A DNA stretch of 37,614 nucleotides, taken from NCBI GenBank assembly GCA_051942245.1, contig JAVECL010000192.1:1-37614 (forward strand). The letters are read 5' to 3'. A model generated the notes under the pieces. That model had not been told where the DNA came from, searched no databases, and worked only from the letters and a program-made list of their open reading frames with translations. Of this stretch, positions 1-12,100 are shown in pieces. This DNA comes from Trypethelium eluteriae (taxonomy: Eukaryota). Positions within the stretch are counted from its first letter, which is position 1; every line of letters starts with the position of its first letter. Both the position numbers and the translations under genes were made by a program.

Positions 1-481
1 GGAAAAGGAAAAGAAAAGGAAAAAGCCACCCCCGACAAGAGTAGCAAGATCGGGATCTTGAGTACAAATATTGGATCCTCGATGACTGTGAAAGGTGGTT
101 TAGAGCGATGAAACTTCTGTAGTCTTTTGCCAAAGGCGTGGTGGAGAGCGTGTTTGAAGGGCAATATATGAATGCGGGGACGAAAATATCATTCGAACCC
201 GTTTTGGTGGTCATCTGGATTCACCTTTTGGGGCTGCTTGTTCTACAATTATATGTCGTTCGTGACACAAGGAGACTGCTGCTGAAAAGTATGTAGCTCA
301 ATGAAGCAGCATTATGATTATACTACTAATGCGCTCAATTCGATATGGGAAATCTAATACTCTAGTATCGTCAATATCCAGTGTTCATACAATCTGGCAC
401 GTGAAAGCTACCCCTCCAACCCTCCGACCCTCCAGCAATCACTCCTCAATTATTCCTTCTCCATCAATGCGACCTTCACCC

Positions 482-1126
482 TCAGATCTTCGCATTCGCT
501 CCAAACACCTGCAGCCTCTGCTCCAGGGGAAGCTTCTGCGCCTTCTCCCCCGGCGCGCTTCCCTCCTTGGGAACACCAAACACCATCTGTGCCTTCAATT
601 TCCAGGCCGACGGGACGGTCCACGTCTTCTGGACCTCAGCGTCGATGAGGGGGTTATAGTGCTGCAGGTTGACACCCAGCCCCAGGGCCTCAAGGGCGGT
701 CCACAGGTAGTACTGGTGCATGCCGTTGCTGTGCCCCACCCACTCATCCGTCTTGTCCTTGTAGATATCTGGAGAGTTCTGGTTCATCGCGGTCGCGCTC
801 GACTGATCGTCCCAGAACAAGATGGTCCCGTAGGCATTGGCAAAGTTGGCGATGCGGTCCTTGGTGCCTCCGTTCCAGCGCTCCTCGCCAATCTTCGCTA
901 GCAGCGCGTCCGCGGTGATGGACCAGAGCTTTTTGTGGTTATCTCCGAATAGAACCGTTAGTCGGGTGGTTTGGCTGTCAAAGGCAGATGGGACGGTGAG
1001 GATGGCGGATTCGGCCAGCTTGACAATGGTGCTGTCGGGGACCGTTGTCTTTGACTCGAGGGCGCGGATGGTGCGGCGTTTCTGGGTAGCCTCAGTGAAG
1101 CTCAGTGTGACGATTGGAGATGCCAT
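482..1126 (-). CDS. Nitroreductase-family FMN oxidoreductase (Frm2/Hbn1-like), 214 aa; possible N-terminal extension from an in-frame ATG at 1273
   Basis: Intronless ORF MASPIVTLSFTEATQKRRTIRAL...VPSAFDSQTTR...AYGTILFWDD...HSNGMHQYYLWTALEALGLGVNLQHYNPLID...WKLKAQMVFG matches the fungal Frm2/Hbn1 motifs (RR-x-Y/I, PSxFNSQ, GxNLQHYNP, AQxxFG). Ends in -AKI. Confidence 0.9.
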   Translation of the reverse strand: MASPIVTLSFTEATQKRRTIRALESKTTVPDSTIVKLAESAILTVPSAFDSQTTRLTVLFGDNHKKLWSITADALLAKIGEERWNGGTKDRIANFANAYGTILFWDDQSSATAMNQNSPDIYKDKTDEWVGHSNGMHQYYLWTALEALGLGVNLQHYNPLIDAEVQKTWTVPSAWKLKAQMVFGVPKEGSAPGEKAQKLPLEQRLQVFGANAKI

Positions 1127-1273
1127 TGTGAGACAGGCGAGATTAGATGGTGCTGTAGATGGTGCTGATACTGGTACTTTGGTCAAAACTCGAGAAGTTG
1201 AGTGAAGGAAGAGAGAGGCCACGACTGCGTGCGACGACCTTGATAGTCGTGAGGCAAGACAAACGAACCTCAT

Positions 1274-1749
1274 GAGTATGTTGCGACATGAGCATGTTGC
1301 GAATTCGTCAGCAGCGGAATGAAGTTGGTTTGTAATGGAAGGCAGCGTCGGCATTGATTGGCCTAGCACTGTATAGCGTGTTCCGGAATTGAGCTGAGAA
1401 TTCCCGTATTTGGAAATCGACGCTAAGTCGGCTCGGACCGAGAAAGGTAAAATTGCCAGATACGGTAATTATAAATATGCCGCCTTCCGATTGCCTATAG
1501 AGGTAGAGTAGCAGAGTCTTGGGTTGGTTGATCGGAAAAATCAATTACAAACTCGGGTTTGAAATCTATCCTAGTGCCACGTCACTACTCTGTGGACGCT
1601 CCAGCATCATGGAGATACTCTAAGGAAGCAAATCACCCATTTCAGCAGCGAGCCGCTTCAAAGTCCCCAAGGAAACGCTCTGTTCTTAGAAATAACGCAA
1701 CACTTGTCGAGGCTGCGACTGTCACTTCCTTCGACGGCTAGCACGAGCG
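1274..1749. promoter_or_regulatory. Bidirectional promoter between the nitroreductase and the DHA1 MFS gene, with CGG-triplet palindromes (candidate Zn2Cys6 sites)
   Basis: The two genes are divergent. TTCCGGAA at 1381-1388, CTCGG-A-CCGAG at 1432-1442, TATAAATA at about 1470-1477. Confidence 0.35.
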
Positions 1750-3330
1750 ATGGACTTTGTCAGGCGCAATATTCCAATGTCGACCTCGACGACCGTCGAA
1801 GGATCGAACGAGAAGCTCTTCTTCGACAAGGATGGCCACCTCGAGTTTGCGCCAAATGATCCCGAGAACCCAAAGAACTACTCGTTTGGACGCAAATGCT
1901 ACATCACCGGGATCGCCATCTCTCTCGTGATGAATGCCACCTTCTCGTCTTCTGCTCCATCCGGTTCTTTCCAGGGCGTTAGCGACGACCTCCACGTCTC
2001 TGTTGAAGCGGCCGGTCTCATCACCACCCTCTTCCTCCTAGGCTACTGCGCCGGTCCACTCTTCTGGGCGCCTCTGTCCGAGTTCTACGGCCGCCGCCCG
2101 ATCTTCTACATCTCCTTCACTCTCTATCTCGCGTTTGGCTTCCTCTGCGCCTTTACGCCCAATTTCGCCGGGCTGTTGGTCGGCCGTTTCCTGACTGGCA
2201 CGTCCGCCAGTGCTGCCCTGACGAATGCACCCGGTATCCTCGCGGATGTCTGGGGGCCAGTCGAGCGTGGAAATGCCATGATCCTGTTTGCCACAATGAC
2301 ATTCGTGGGACCCGCCCTTGGGCCAGTGGTCAGTGGATTCCTCCAACTGAAGGAGACGTGGCGTTGGACCTTCTACGTGCTCCTCTGGATGGCGGGTGCC
2401 ACGGAAATGCTGCTCAGCACTCTCCCAGAGACCCTTCCCATGATGGTCCTGCGCAATAAGGCACGTCGCGTACGAAAAATACCCGGTAACGAGAACGTTA
2501 AGGCTCCAGTTGAGGCGTCAGATCGTTCCCTGGGAGGTATCTTCAAAGTCGCCCTAACAAGGCCTTGGAGACTTCTCATCGACCCAATCAGCTTTTGCGT
2601 TGCTATCTACTACGCCGTTGTCTATACTCTGCTATACATGCTTTTCAGCATTTACCCTATCGTCTTCCAGCAGAAACGTGGTTGGAACGCCGGCGTCGGT
2701 GAGCTGCCACTAATCGGCACAGTTATTGGCGCGTGTCTCGGCGGTCTGGGCCTGTTCCTCAATAGCCAAAGAGAGCAGAAAAAGTTCACCGGCAACCGCA
2801 AATCAGTCCCAGAAGACCGCCTTCCTGGCGCGATGGTCGGTGGGGTCCTGTTTGCCGTGACAATATTCTGGTTCGCTTGGACAGCAGAATACAACTCAGT
2901 CCACTGGGCCGTGCCGACAGTGGCGGGCACCTTCCTCGCAACGTCGATCCTGCTCATTTTCGTCGTCTTCATCAACTATATCATCGACTCGTACCTGATG
3001 TACGCCGCGTCCGCCGTTGCAGCAAACACGGTCCTGCGTTCCGCCTGCGCCGCTGCCTCCCCACTCTTCACGCAGTACATGTTCGATGCGCTCGGTGTAG
3101 GTGGCGCGGGCTCGCTCATCGGAGGCGTGGGCGTCTTGCTGATGCCCATTCCTTTCGTCTTCTACAGGTACGGCGCTGCGATCCGGGCGCGCTCCAAGTT
3201 TGCGCCGACGAATGAGCTACCAACCCCGCCTACGGATGAGGAGAAGGCCGTGAATGGCAGACCACCCAGCCATTCCTCTGAGAAGGAGACCAGACCGGTT
3301 GATGAGACGATTGGGGGCACGAGCGAATGA
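1750..3330 (+). CDS. MFS drug:H+ antiporter, DHA1 family (12 TM; Flr1/Tpo1-like), 526 aa; alternative start at 1777
   Basis: Intronless ORF with PNDPENPKNYS, GPLFWAPLSEFYGRRPI (MFS motif A), GPALGPVVSGF, WRWTF, LPETLP, PEDRL, ASAVAANTVLRS and about 12 hydrophobic segments. Confidence 0.93.
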   Translation: MDFVRRNIPMSTSTTVEGSNEKLFFDKDGHLEFAPNDPENPKNYSFGRKCYITGIAISLVMNATFSSSAPSGSFQGVSDDLHVSVEAAGLITTLFLLGYCAGPLFWAPLSEFYGRRPIFYISFTLYLAFGFLCAFTPNFAGLLVGRFLTGTSASAALTNAPGILADVWGPVERGNAMILFATMTFVGPALGPVVSGFLQLKETWRWTFYVLLWMAGATEMLLSTLPETLPMMVLRNKARRVRKIPGNENVKAPVEASDRSLGGIFKVALTRPWRLLIDPISFCVAIYYAVVYTLLYMLFSIYPIVFQQKRGWNAGVGELPLIGTVIGACLGGLGLFLNSQREQKKFTGNRKSVPEDRLPGAMVGGVLFAVTIFWFAWTAEYNSVHWAVPTVAGTFLATSILLIFVVFINYIIDSYLMYAASAVAANTVLRSACAAASPLFTQYMFDALGVGGAGSLIGGVGVLLMPIPFVFYRYGAAIRARSKFAPTNELPTPPTDEEKAVNGRPPSHSSEKETRPVDETIGGTSE

Positions 3331-3861
3331 CTGGCGAATGAGTGAACCGTGTTTATCGTTGTATGCATCAGCGTGCCTGTTTCTGCAGTCTAATTAGCAT
3401 ATGTATCAAATTCGTAATTTCTAAATACCACTGTAGTCGTCTTTGACACCGCATTTTCTGCAGTAGATTCCTCTTTCTAATGTGGTGTAGTAGGTGTCAG
3501 GGTTCCAACCAGGTACCTTAGGTAATTAATTTAGCTGTAGAGTAGTACTTCTCTCCATACCTTGTGCCTCATCCCATCAGTTACATTCAGTTTATTCCCA
3601 ATCTCAACAGTAGATCATCATACCAGAGTGATCTCAGCATGAGTGGGTCCCTGCTTCCGCATCCAGTTGCACTTGGTTAGTATTTCCCCCTTCCAGGCAT
3701 CCGAAGATACGAACCGATTCCGGGCGACACATAGATCCATAGAGTAATAGTGTGTGAGCTTCGACGGCTTAGAACATGTCAGATCGTATATCCCCAGGTA
3801 ATGTATCATATTAGAGTAGTCCAGCTGCTATGAGCAGCAACGACACGTCTGCCACCGCAAA

Positions 3862-5587
3862 ATGGACGACGAAGAATCCAAAGCAGCAAGGGACCTGGAC
3901 GCACTGGGCCATTCCGCCCTGCCATCCCCTCCTCCCGCAGCAGCACCGACGCCACCTCCGCTCTCACCCGCCCGCGAAGCCATCTTCGTCACCGTCATCT
4001 GCCTCGCGCAATTCCTCACGCAAGCCGGGCTCGGCTCCGTCCTCGCCATCCTCCCCATCCTCAGCGCCAGCCTGGGGATCGCGGACCGCGGCGCGCAAGC
4101 CTGGCTGATCGCAGGCTACAGCCTGACTGTCGGCACCTTCATCCTGGTGTCCGGCCGGCTCGGCGACCTGTACGGCCACAGACGCGTCCTGCTGGCGGGA
4201 TACGCCTGGTTCGGCGCCTGGTCCATCGTCGCAGGCCTGGCAGTCTACGCCAGCGGCAAGGAGGTGCTCTTCGTCTTTGCACGCGTCCTCTCGGGTGTCG
4301 GCCCGTCCCTCATGCTGCCGAATGCGCTAGCTATACTCGGCCTCGCGTACCCGCCCTCGCCAAGGAAGGACCTCGTCTTCTCCCTTTTTGGCGCCGTCGC
4401 GCCAGGCGGCTGCGTCGTGGGCGCGGCGCTCGCGGGCGTGTTCGCGCTGGCGTGGTGGCCGTGGTTCTTCTGGGCGATGGGGATTGCGTTGCTGGCGACT
4501 GCTGCGCTGGGAGCTTTTGTCATCCCTGAGGGCCCGCGGATGCTGAGGGGGAGGTCGCTCTCGCTGCTGGAGTTTGTCGAAGCTGTGGACGCCCTGGGCG
4601 GCGTGGTCGGGGTGACGGCGCTGGTACTGGTCAACTTTGCATGGAACCAGGCTGCTGTCGTGGGCTGGTCCGAGCCGTACGTCTACGTCCTCTTAATCGT
4701 CGGAATCCTCCTTGTGCCCGTCTTCTTCTGGGTCGAGTTTCGCGTGGTGAGGTCGCCACTGCTTCCCTTTGACGTCTTGAATGGAAAGGTTGGGGCGGTG
4801 CTCGTGTGCATTGCGTGCGGATGGGGTAGTTTTGGTGAGACCGTCAAAACCGGATGGAACGGACTCAAATAGGCTGACTACTTCATTGCTCAGGCATCTG
4901 GATCTTCTACATTTTTCAGTTCTTCGAGCACGTCAGAGGCGCAAGCCCCCTCCTCGCGACAGCATGGCTATCGCCTGTCGCAATTACGGGTGCTCTGGCG
5001 TCCCTCACGACTGCCTACCTGCTGGGGCGTGCGCAGCCTGCGACGATCATGGTCATTGCCATGACTGCCTTCGCCGCCGGCAGCATCATTATCGCTACCG
5101 CACCGGCGAACCAGAACTACTGGGGTCAGAGCTTCGTGGTGAGCCTGGTGATCCCGTTTGGCATGGGTAAGTGCGGACTTCCAGATGTGATCCGGCAATC
5201 ATTCTCCTGACGTGATGTCCAGATATGAGCTTCCCTGCCGCGAGCCTCATCATCTCCAACGCCGTGCCGCGTGAGAAGCAGGGCGTCGGCATGAGTCTCG
5301 TCAACACGGTAGTTAACTACTCCATCTCCATCGCGCTCGGCATCGCGGGGACGGTCGAAATGCAGGTTACAAAGGGTGACACGGGCTCAGGCGCGGCATT
5401 GAGAGGCTACAGGTCTGCGTGGTACTTTGGCATTGGGCTCGCGGGGCTCGGGCTATGCTTTAGTGTGGTCAATCTTGTGATGACCAAGATCAAAGCGAGG
5501 TCGAAACTGCCGGGCGAGAAATTTAATGGCGGATTTGGTCCAGGAGGTGTCGAGTCCTCCAACGAAAGTGTCGAAATGTCCAAATGA
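3862..5587 (+). CDS. MFS drug:H+ antiporter, DHA2/Atr1-like (14 TM), about 536 aa, 3 exons
   Basis: Exons 3862-4834, 4894-5166, 5223-5587. Introns 4835-4893 (GTGAGA..GCTGAC..CAG) and 5167-5222 (GTAAGT..CCTGAC..CAG). The spliced protein reads WLIAGYSLTVGTFILVSGRLGDLYGH...GWGSFGIWIFY...IPFGMDMSFPAA...SLVNTVVNYSISIALGIAGTVE, typical of Atr1-family pumps. Confidence 0.92.
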
Positions 5588-6155
5588 CTAGATGTAGTAC
5601 TAAAAGGATTGCAGAATGAGTGATGAAAAGTCGATCATAGACTAGAGGACTTGTGTACCTTAAAAAAGCCATGCAGCCGCTACATTTGACTTGCGAAGAC
5701 TTTAATAGCCATTTTCTGGGTCCTCGTGTGGTGTAAGATGGGAAAGTGAGAGGGAAAGTTCAAAGAAAAGGCTGAAGAAACTAGTCGAAAAAAAAGGACT
5801 GAAAGAAAAGATGCACAATCTATTTTACGCCAAAGTAGCCATTCTTTGTGAAAGACCAAAATTGTAGATTATGCACGGTGTACCTCTATATCGAATACAT
5901 CAAATGCAATCTATAAGTGTTTTGCGCAGACGAGCACCAATGTACCAGACCAGCCCAGACGAAACTGTGAAAATTCTGAAGAGAGTGGGTCAACGAATGT
6001 TCGCCTCTAAATTCTAGATGCTATGGAAGGCGCTATATATACATCAGGGCACCCCTGTACTCTATCGCCAACCCTGTGAGGGGCAAAACGAGCGATCCTG
6101 AAATCTAATAGCAACAAACAAGCCGAAGGAGCAACGCAGTCTCCCGCTTTGCGAC

Positions 6156-9100
6156 TCAGACAGATCTCTCCAACAGAGCACAAGCCTTCACCACAGCCTC
6201 CGACACCTCGCGGATGTTCGCCGCGTCGAAGGGCTGGAAGTGGTTGCCAGGGATGTCGAAGCACGACACCGTAGTCCCAGTCACAGCCTCCCAGTCCGCG
6301 ACGGCGGTTCTCACGTCCGACCTATCCTGCAGCCACGCGTTCTCGACGGACTCCCGATCCATGGGGCCCCGCGGGTCGCTCGTATCTCCATCTCGACGCC
6401 AGCCGTCGGCCGAGCGGAGCAAGACCACCGGCGGCGCTGGGCAATGCGAGAAGTGCGCGGGCTTGTGGACACCCAGCAGGGCGGCGCACGACAAGAAGCT
6501 CTGACGTGTGAGCGCGCGGATGGCCTTGCTCATTGCATTGGGCGGGGTCTTGGCGCCGCCGGTGACAGCCTCGATGATGGCGGAGGAGAGAGGCTGATGC
6601 TCTAACGGAGCTGGCGAGTCGATGAGGACGACGCCTTTCACGGCGTGGTTCGTCGCCATTAGGATCCTTGCTGCCTCGAAGGCGACGACGCCGCCAAAAG
6701 ACCAGCCGCCGACAAGGCAAGGGCCTTTGGTGGTGCGGCAAATTGTGTCCGCGTAATTTTCGGCCATCTGGCGGAGGCTGGACCATGCGTCGGAGGTGTC
6801 GATGAATTTGGGATCGTGCAGGGCGTAGGCTTGGCGGTTGAGTGACTGCAAGCGGTGGTACTGCATGCAGACCCCACTACCATCGTGAACCAAGAAGAGT
6901 GGAAGAGCGTTGGGGTTGGCAGACGTGCCGCTCTTGATGACTTCAGGCTGTTCGGAGAGCTTGAGAGCGCGTGGCACCTTTTGCACCATGGCGGCATCGA
7001 GCTTTAAGTCGATCTTGGGCGGAAGAAGGGGGGCAGGGTCGGCGGAGAGGTCTGTACCAGAGTCTTTGCGCGAGTAGTTCTGCGAGGGAGACTGCGTTGC
7101 CTCTTTGACTTGCTTGTGCGCGCCATGCTATTGATCAAACAATCGTCAGCTAAGCACGAACCTTACTCGACGGACCGGCTTACATCTAGGAGATCTCTGG
7201 CAGAGCACATACCAATCTCTCAACGTCGCCAGCTGTGCGACATGTCGAAAGGTTTGCAGCAGAGGCTGTTTTCCCATCCTTGCAAAGCTCCTCCAGGCGA
7301 GATGCAAGTTCGAACATCATGAGAGAGTCTACACCGAGATGTTGGAGATCCGAGCTCGGTGAAATGGCATCTGGGCTGATGCCACAGGTATCGGCGATGA
7401 TCGCAGAAACGTCGCTTCTACTCACTGACTTGGACATCCCACTGGAGGGAGAGCTGGAGGAGCTGGGCGTCGAGCCGGTCGACAGTTCTAGAGGCGGAGT
7501 GATTGACTGAGACGGCGAAACTTGGACAGCGCAGAGTCGCTCAAGGTCTCCAACTGTCTGGCAGTCCTTCAAATCTGAGATGCTGGCCTGGGGAAAGTTC
7601 GTCTCAATCTCAGTCTGCAGTTCGATCATCATAAGAGAATCAACTCCAAGACTCTCGAGATCTGTAGCCTCTGACAGCGATGATGGTTCCACTCTACATG
7701 TGGCGGCAATCATGGCCCTGACTGACGGACCGGACGCAGCAGGTATCACAACCTGGACGGGCCCCACAGCTGGAGGAGCATGAGATGGCACAGTCACAGC
7801 TACTGTAGGCTTATGGGCTAAGCCGCCTGAAGACTTCTTTGCAGCGATGGCGAGAGCTCTGCCAATCTTCGGGAGCTCAATCTGCTGGAACGCCATGCCT
7901 TTGAACACTGCCAGAACTCCCCGAGAGTCAATAGCATATGCATCCGCAATCGTCAAACGCTCACTGGCAACATCATGGAGGGTGCCTAAAAGGTTAGATT
8001 ACGCTTCAAACAAACAGTGAGCTGCGCTACTTACAATGTACCTCGAAGACGTCTCCAGGAGCGAGAGAACTTCGAAGAACAGTGGCGGATGCCACCTCTT
8101 TACACATGCACAGAATTTGGGTGCCGACCCTGATGTTCGCAGCGAAGCCTGCAACGTGCAACAAGACATCCATGAAAATGGCGTTCGCGGCAGGCAGACT
8201 AGAAGTAGCAATGCGCTGATCGGGATACTGGCAGATGGCGTGGGTGTCTCCACTCGCTCCATCGATCCGAATGGACTGTACTCGCTGGTATGGCTCAGAA
8301 TAGGTAACGACTCGGGTGAAGACCATTTCGTACATGGCTCTTTTCATGAACCTCTCCTGCGAGGCCTGGGCCATACTTGATGTGATCTGCTCCGTCTTGC
8401 GAACAAGCATGGGAGCAACACGGGCATACTTCATCTGCAGCGTCGAATTTGACTTACGCTTCAAGATTCCCTTGCAGTGCGACGTGCTGAGACTTGGATC
8501 AGACGTGTTGTAAGAGAGTATCTCAAATTCGTACAGTCTGCGAGAGTCGTCCACTGGCTTGAGTATGGCTCTCACCTGCAAATTTGTTAGTGGGAAACGA
8601 TTCGAAGGATCGCGGTTACCGAAGAGAAGCAGAACTTGCCGTTGTGGTGAGTTCGTCTTGATACAGCAACGGTGCAACGTAGACCACCTGAGACAAACTC
8701 CAGACGTGGACTGCTGGCGATTCGGGCTCAAGGTTCTTCACTGCCGACAGTGCAATCTCATGATATACCGAAGCGGGACATAGAGCGTGTTCTGTGACCA
8801 AGTGTCCGGTGATAAAGTCTTTGAAGAGATACAGCGGTGTATCGTAAATCGCGGATCTATCTTCCAGTGTCGGCTGCTTCACCGTCTTAGCGATGAAACT
8901 GTCGCTTCGAATGATGGGCCGGACAGCCTCGGCGTCAATCTCCTTCGCTGTTGTTTCAGACTGATAATGGACGCCGAACTCTTGTTTCGAAAATGGGATG
9001 CCAGGGAGGTCAACTAGAAGCGGCTTGGACACGCCATCAAAGGCTTTGCGCCAGTTGACGCCGGTGGAAGTTGTGTAAAAATTACACAGAAGCTGCGCCA

Positions 9101-12100
9101 TGATACTGGAAGGTGATTTGCCTTTCTGCAGAGTAGAGAGTAGGTCGACTGATGCCTTGTCAACGCACGTACCCAGCATAGGCAGCAATGACGGGTGCGG
9201 GCCAATCTCGATCCATCTCATAGCCGTCGATCCGGTGTTGGTGGTGAGGAATTCTTGAACTCCTTGGTGAAATTTCACCGTCTGCCTACAATGCAACGCG
9301 AAGTACTCTTTTGTAAAGGCAGCCTCGCCGGCTTCAACAGTACGCCCAAGAACGTTCGAGACCACGGGGATCTTTGGCCGGCCTAGATCAATAGTGGAGA
9401 CGAAATCGGTAAGCTCGGGGAGGATAGGGTCCATCGCATTTGTGTGGTATGCCATGGGCACATCGAGTAGCTTGCTCTTGACCTTGAGGCTCTCACGAAG
9501 ATACTCCTTGAAGATTTGAAGCTCCTCGATTGGGCCACCAACAACGCAATCATTTGCGCTATTGTTGCATGCGATTGACAAGCCGGAGAAGCGCTCTGAG
9601 CTTTGGATTAAGTCTTGCACTGTGCCGGCACTAGCATTGGCAGCGAGCATGGAGGTCGTTTGAAGCTGGCATTGATCCATCATCAATTTCGCACGACGGG
9701 CGACTAAGCTAAGCCCGCTCAAGGTATCGAGAACTCCAGCAATGACTAGAGCAGCGTATTCTCCAAGACTATGATTTTGATGGTCAGCACGGGCCTTCCC
9801 AACACACCAAAGCATATTCACCTGTGGCCTACGACGGCAATGGGAACAATGTTCCAAGACATGAGAAGTTCCGCAAGAGCAACCTCTAAGACGAATATTG
9901 CTGATTGGAAGGCTTGTAGCTTCGCGCCCTCCATTAGGTGCTGAATTTCATTATCGCCCTCGGTAGCGGTGATGATCTGGGCACACCCGGGATAGCCGCG
10001 TTCTTTGAGATAGGCGTCGCACTCCCAGACGGTTTTGGCGAAACTTGGATAGGTTTCCATAAGCTCAGCACCCATGCCCAAGTACTTTGAAGTGTCAGTA
10101 ATGCGAGCTAGGATGCAGGGAGAGTTCTGAGCTTACCTGTGAACCCTGGCCGGAGAAGGCAAAGACGGCCTTCGGCTCCTTGACCGTCGACTCGGAGATG
10201 TGGTGGGGTATCGCTTTTTGGAGCTTCTCCACCAAGTCATCGTAGGAGGTTGCGACGACGGCGATGCGCATATCGTAGATCTGGCGCCGGCTTGTGCTCG
10301 TTGCACAGATGTCTCGGAGCGAGTCAAGCCTGCCCTTGTCCATAATGTGCGAGACGAGTTCACCGCGAAACTTTGTTAGCGAAGCCGTGTTCTTAGCAGA
10401 GCACCCAAACACGTAGCTGAGCCTGCTACCACTTCCCACCTCTGCCGTTTCCTTCCCTGAGATATACTCCTGCAAGAGGACAGCTCCGTTGGATCCGCCA
10501 GCACCAAAATTGTTCAGCATCACCATACGTGGCTGGCCGTCAATTGATGGCCACGATGCTCCCTCTCGGTCAATGACCGCACCATCGTCCCCAAGGTTTC
10601 GGATACGTGGATTCAGCGTCTTGAGGGAAATTTGAGGTGGGATGCGATTGTGCTTCATCATAAGGACCAGCTTCGTCAGTCCAGCAGCGCCAGAAGCAGC
10701 CTCGCAGTGGCCAATATTTGCTTTGATGGATGTCAAGTGAAGAAGATTATCCCGGGATCTATCCTGACACAGGACACGCCGCACACTCTCCAGCTCCACT
10801 GGGTCTCCAGCTTGGGTGCTGTCGGAAGTTAGCATCAACTCTCGGCGCCCATTTGACAACCGGGGACTAACCCAGTGCCATGTAGCTCAATCGCAGTAAC
10901 CTAGCGGTGTATCAGTAAACGTACGTGTTTGAGAGCCAGGTGGCACAAATTACCATGTGAGGGTCAATTCTTGTTTTCCGGAACATGTGTTTGAACAGCT
11001 CTTCCTGTGTAGGAACATGGGGATGCGTAATGGAGTGCGTGTTGCCGCTCTGGTTGATCTCTACAGCTTTGATGATTGCGTGAATGCGATCACCGTCTGC
11101 TATGGCATCGCCGACCGTCTTGATGATAAAAGCGCCACATCCTTCAGCACGACAGTAGCCGTCGGCAGATGCATCAAACGCTTTGCATTGACCCGATGGG
11201 CTCAAAAAGTGTGCACGGTCAAGGCCAAGGTACATCTTGCACGTGTGAGCGGATTCAAATGACACGGAAAGAAAAAACCTACATCGGGACTCGTGATGGT
11301 GTTAACGGCGCCAACAAGCGCGGCGCGACAGTCTCCGGCGATAATCGATCTGGCGGCTTGGTGCAAGGCGACTACAGAAGACGAGCAAGCCGTGTCCAGG
11401 GTTATGGATGGACCGCTCCACCCAAAGACGTATGAAATGCGTGCACTCTGAAAGGTCCGTAGTGTGCCTTCGGACGTTAGAACGATATTCTGTTACGAAG
11501 AAAGATTTCATGTAAGCAGACCTGGGCTGTAGTAAACATCAATGTCGTCCTTCATATTCGCGGGATAATCTAGCGTGGCATTGCCAATCCAGCAACCGAA
11601 CGTGTCGCGATCATTAGAGGGTGTCGAGTCCGGCACGTAGCCTGAATTCTCAAGTGCTCTGAATGCCGTCTGGAGCATTACGCGCTGTTGCGGGTCCATT
11701 GAGCGTGCTTCACGTGGGGAGATGTCGAAAAGGCCATGATCGAATTCGAAGGGGTTCTGAAGGAAGTTGCCGTATCTTGTGTTGAGGGTACGATTGGCGT
11801 TGCCCTTCTTCAGCTCCTTTGCGTGGTAAAAGTCGTCGACGTGAAATCTCGACTCCGGTATCTATGTCCGTAGTGGGTAAGTGACTGCGGACGAATGATA
11901 GAAATTTTCACAGACCTCTGAGCATGAATTCACACCGCCAACCAGATTTGCCCATAATGAATCCACATCGGACGCGTCCGGAAGGTCAACCGCCATGCCA
12001 ACAATGGCAATGTCGTCTGGCGCCAGTCTGGAAGCTTCGCGGTGTGATTCGGGAGCGCCAGCGAGCGACATCACATCACGTATTTTTACGTTGCTTGGTA

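Noticed and set aside
1..26. Purine-rich GGAAAA-like tract at the window start
   Set aside because: Short low-complexity run; not a telomeric repeat or array.
314..1205. Plus-strand ORFs 314-901 and 837-1205
   Set aside because: Antisense shadows of the nitroreductase gene with no recognisable motifs.
6156..6989. Stand-alone thioesterase gene
   Set aside because: A canonical intron at 7212-7128 joins it in frame to ACP2, so it is the PKS TE domain.
7184..7185. 2-nt micro-exon (tag|AT|gtaagc) inside the last PKS intron
   Set aside because: The upstream piece would be a 27-nt intron with no branch site, and inclusion breaks the frame.
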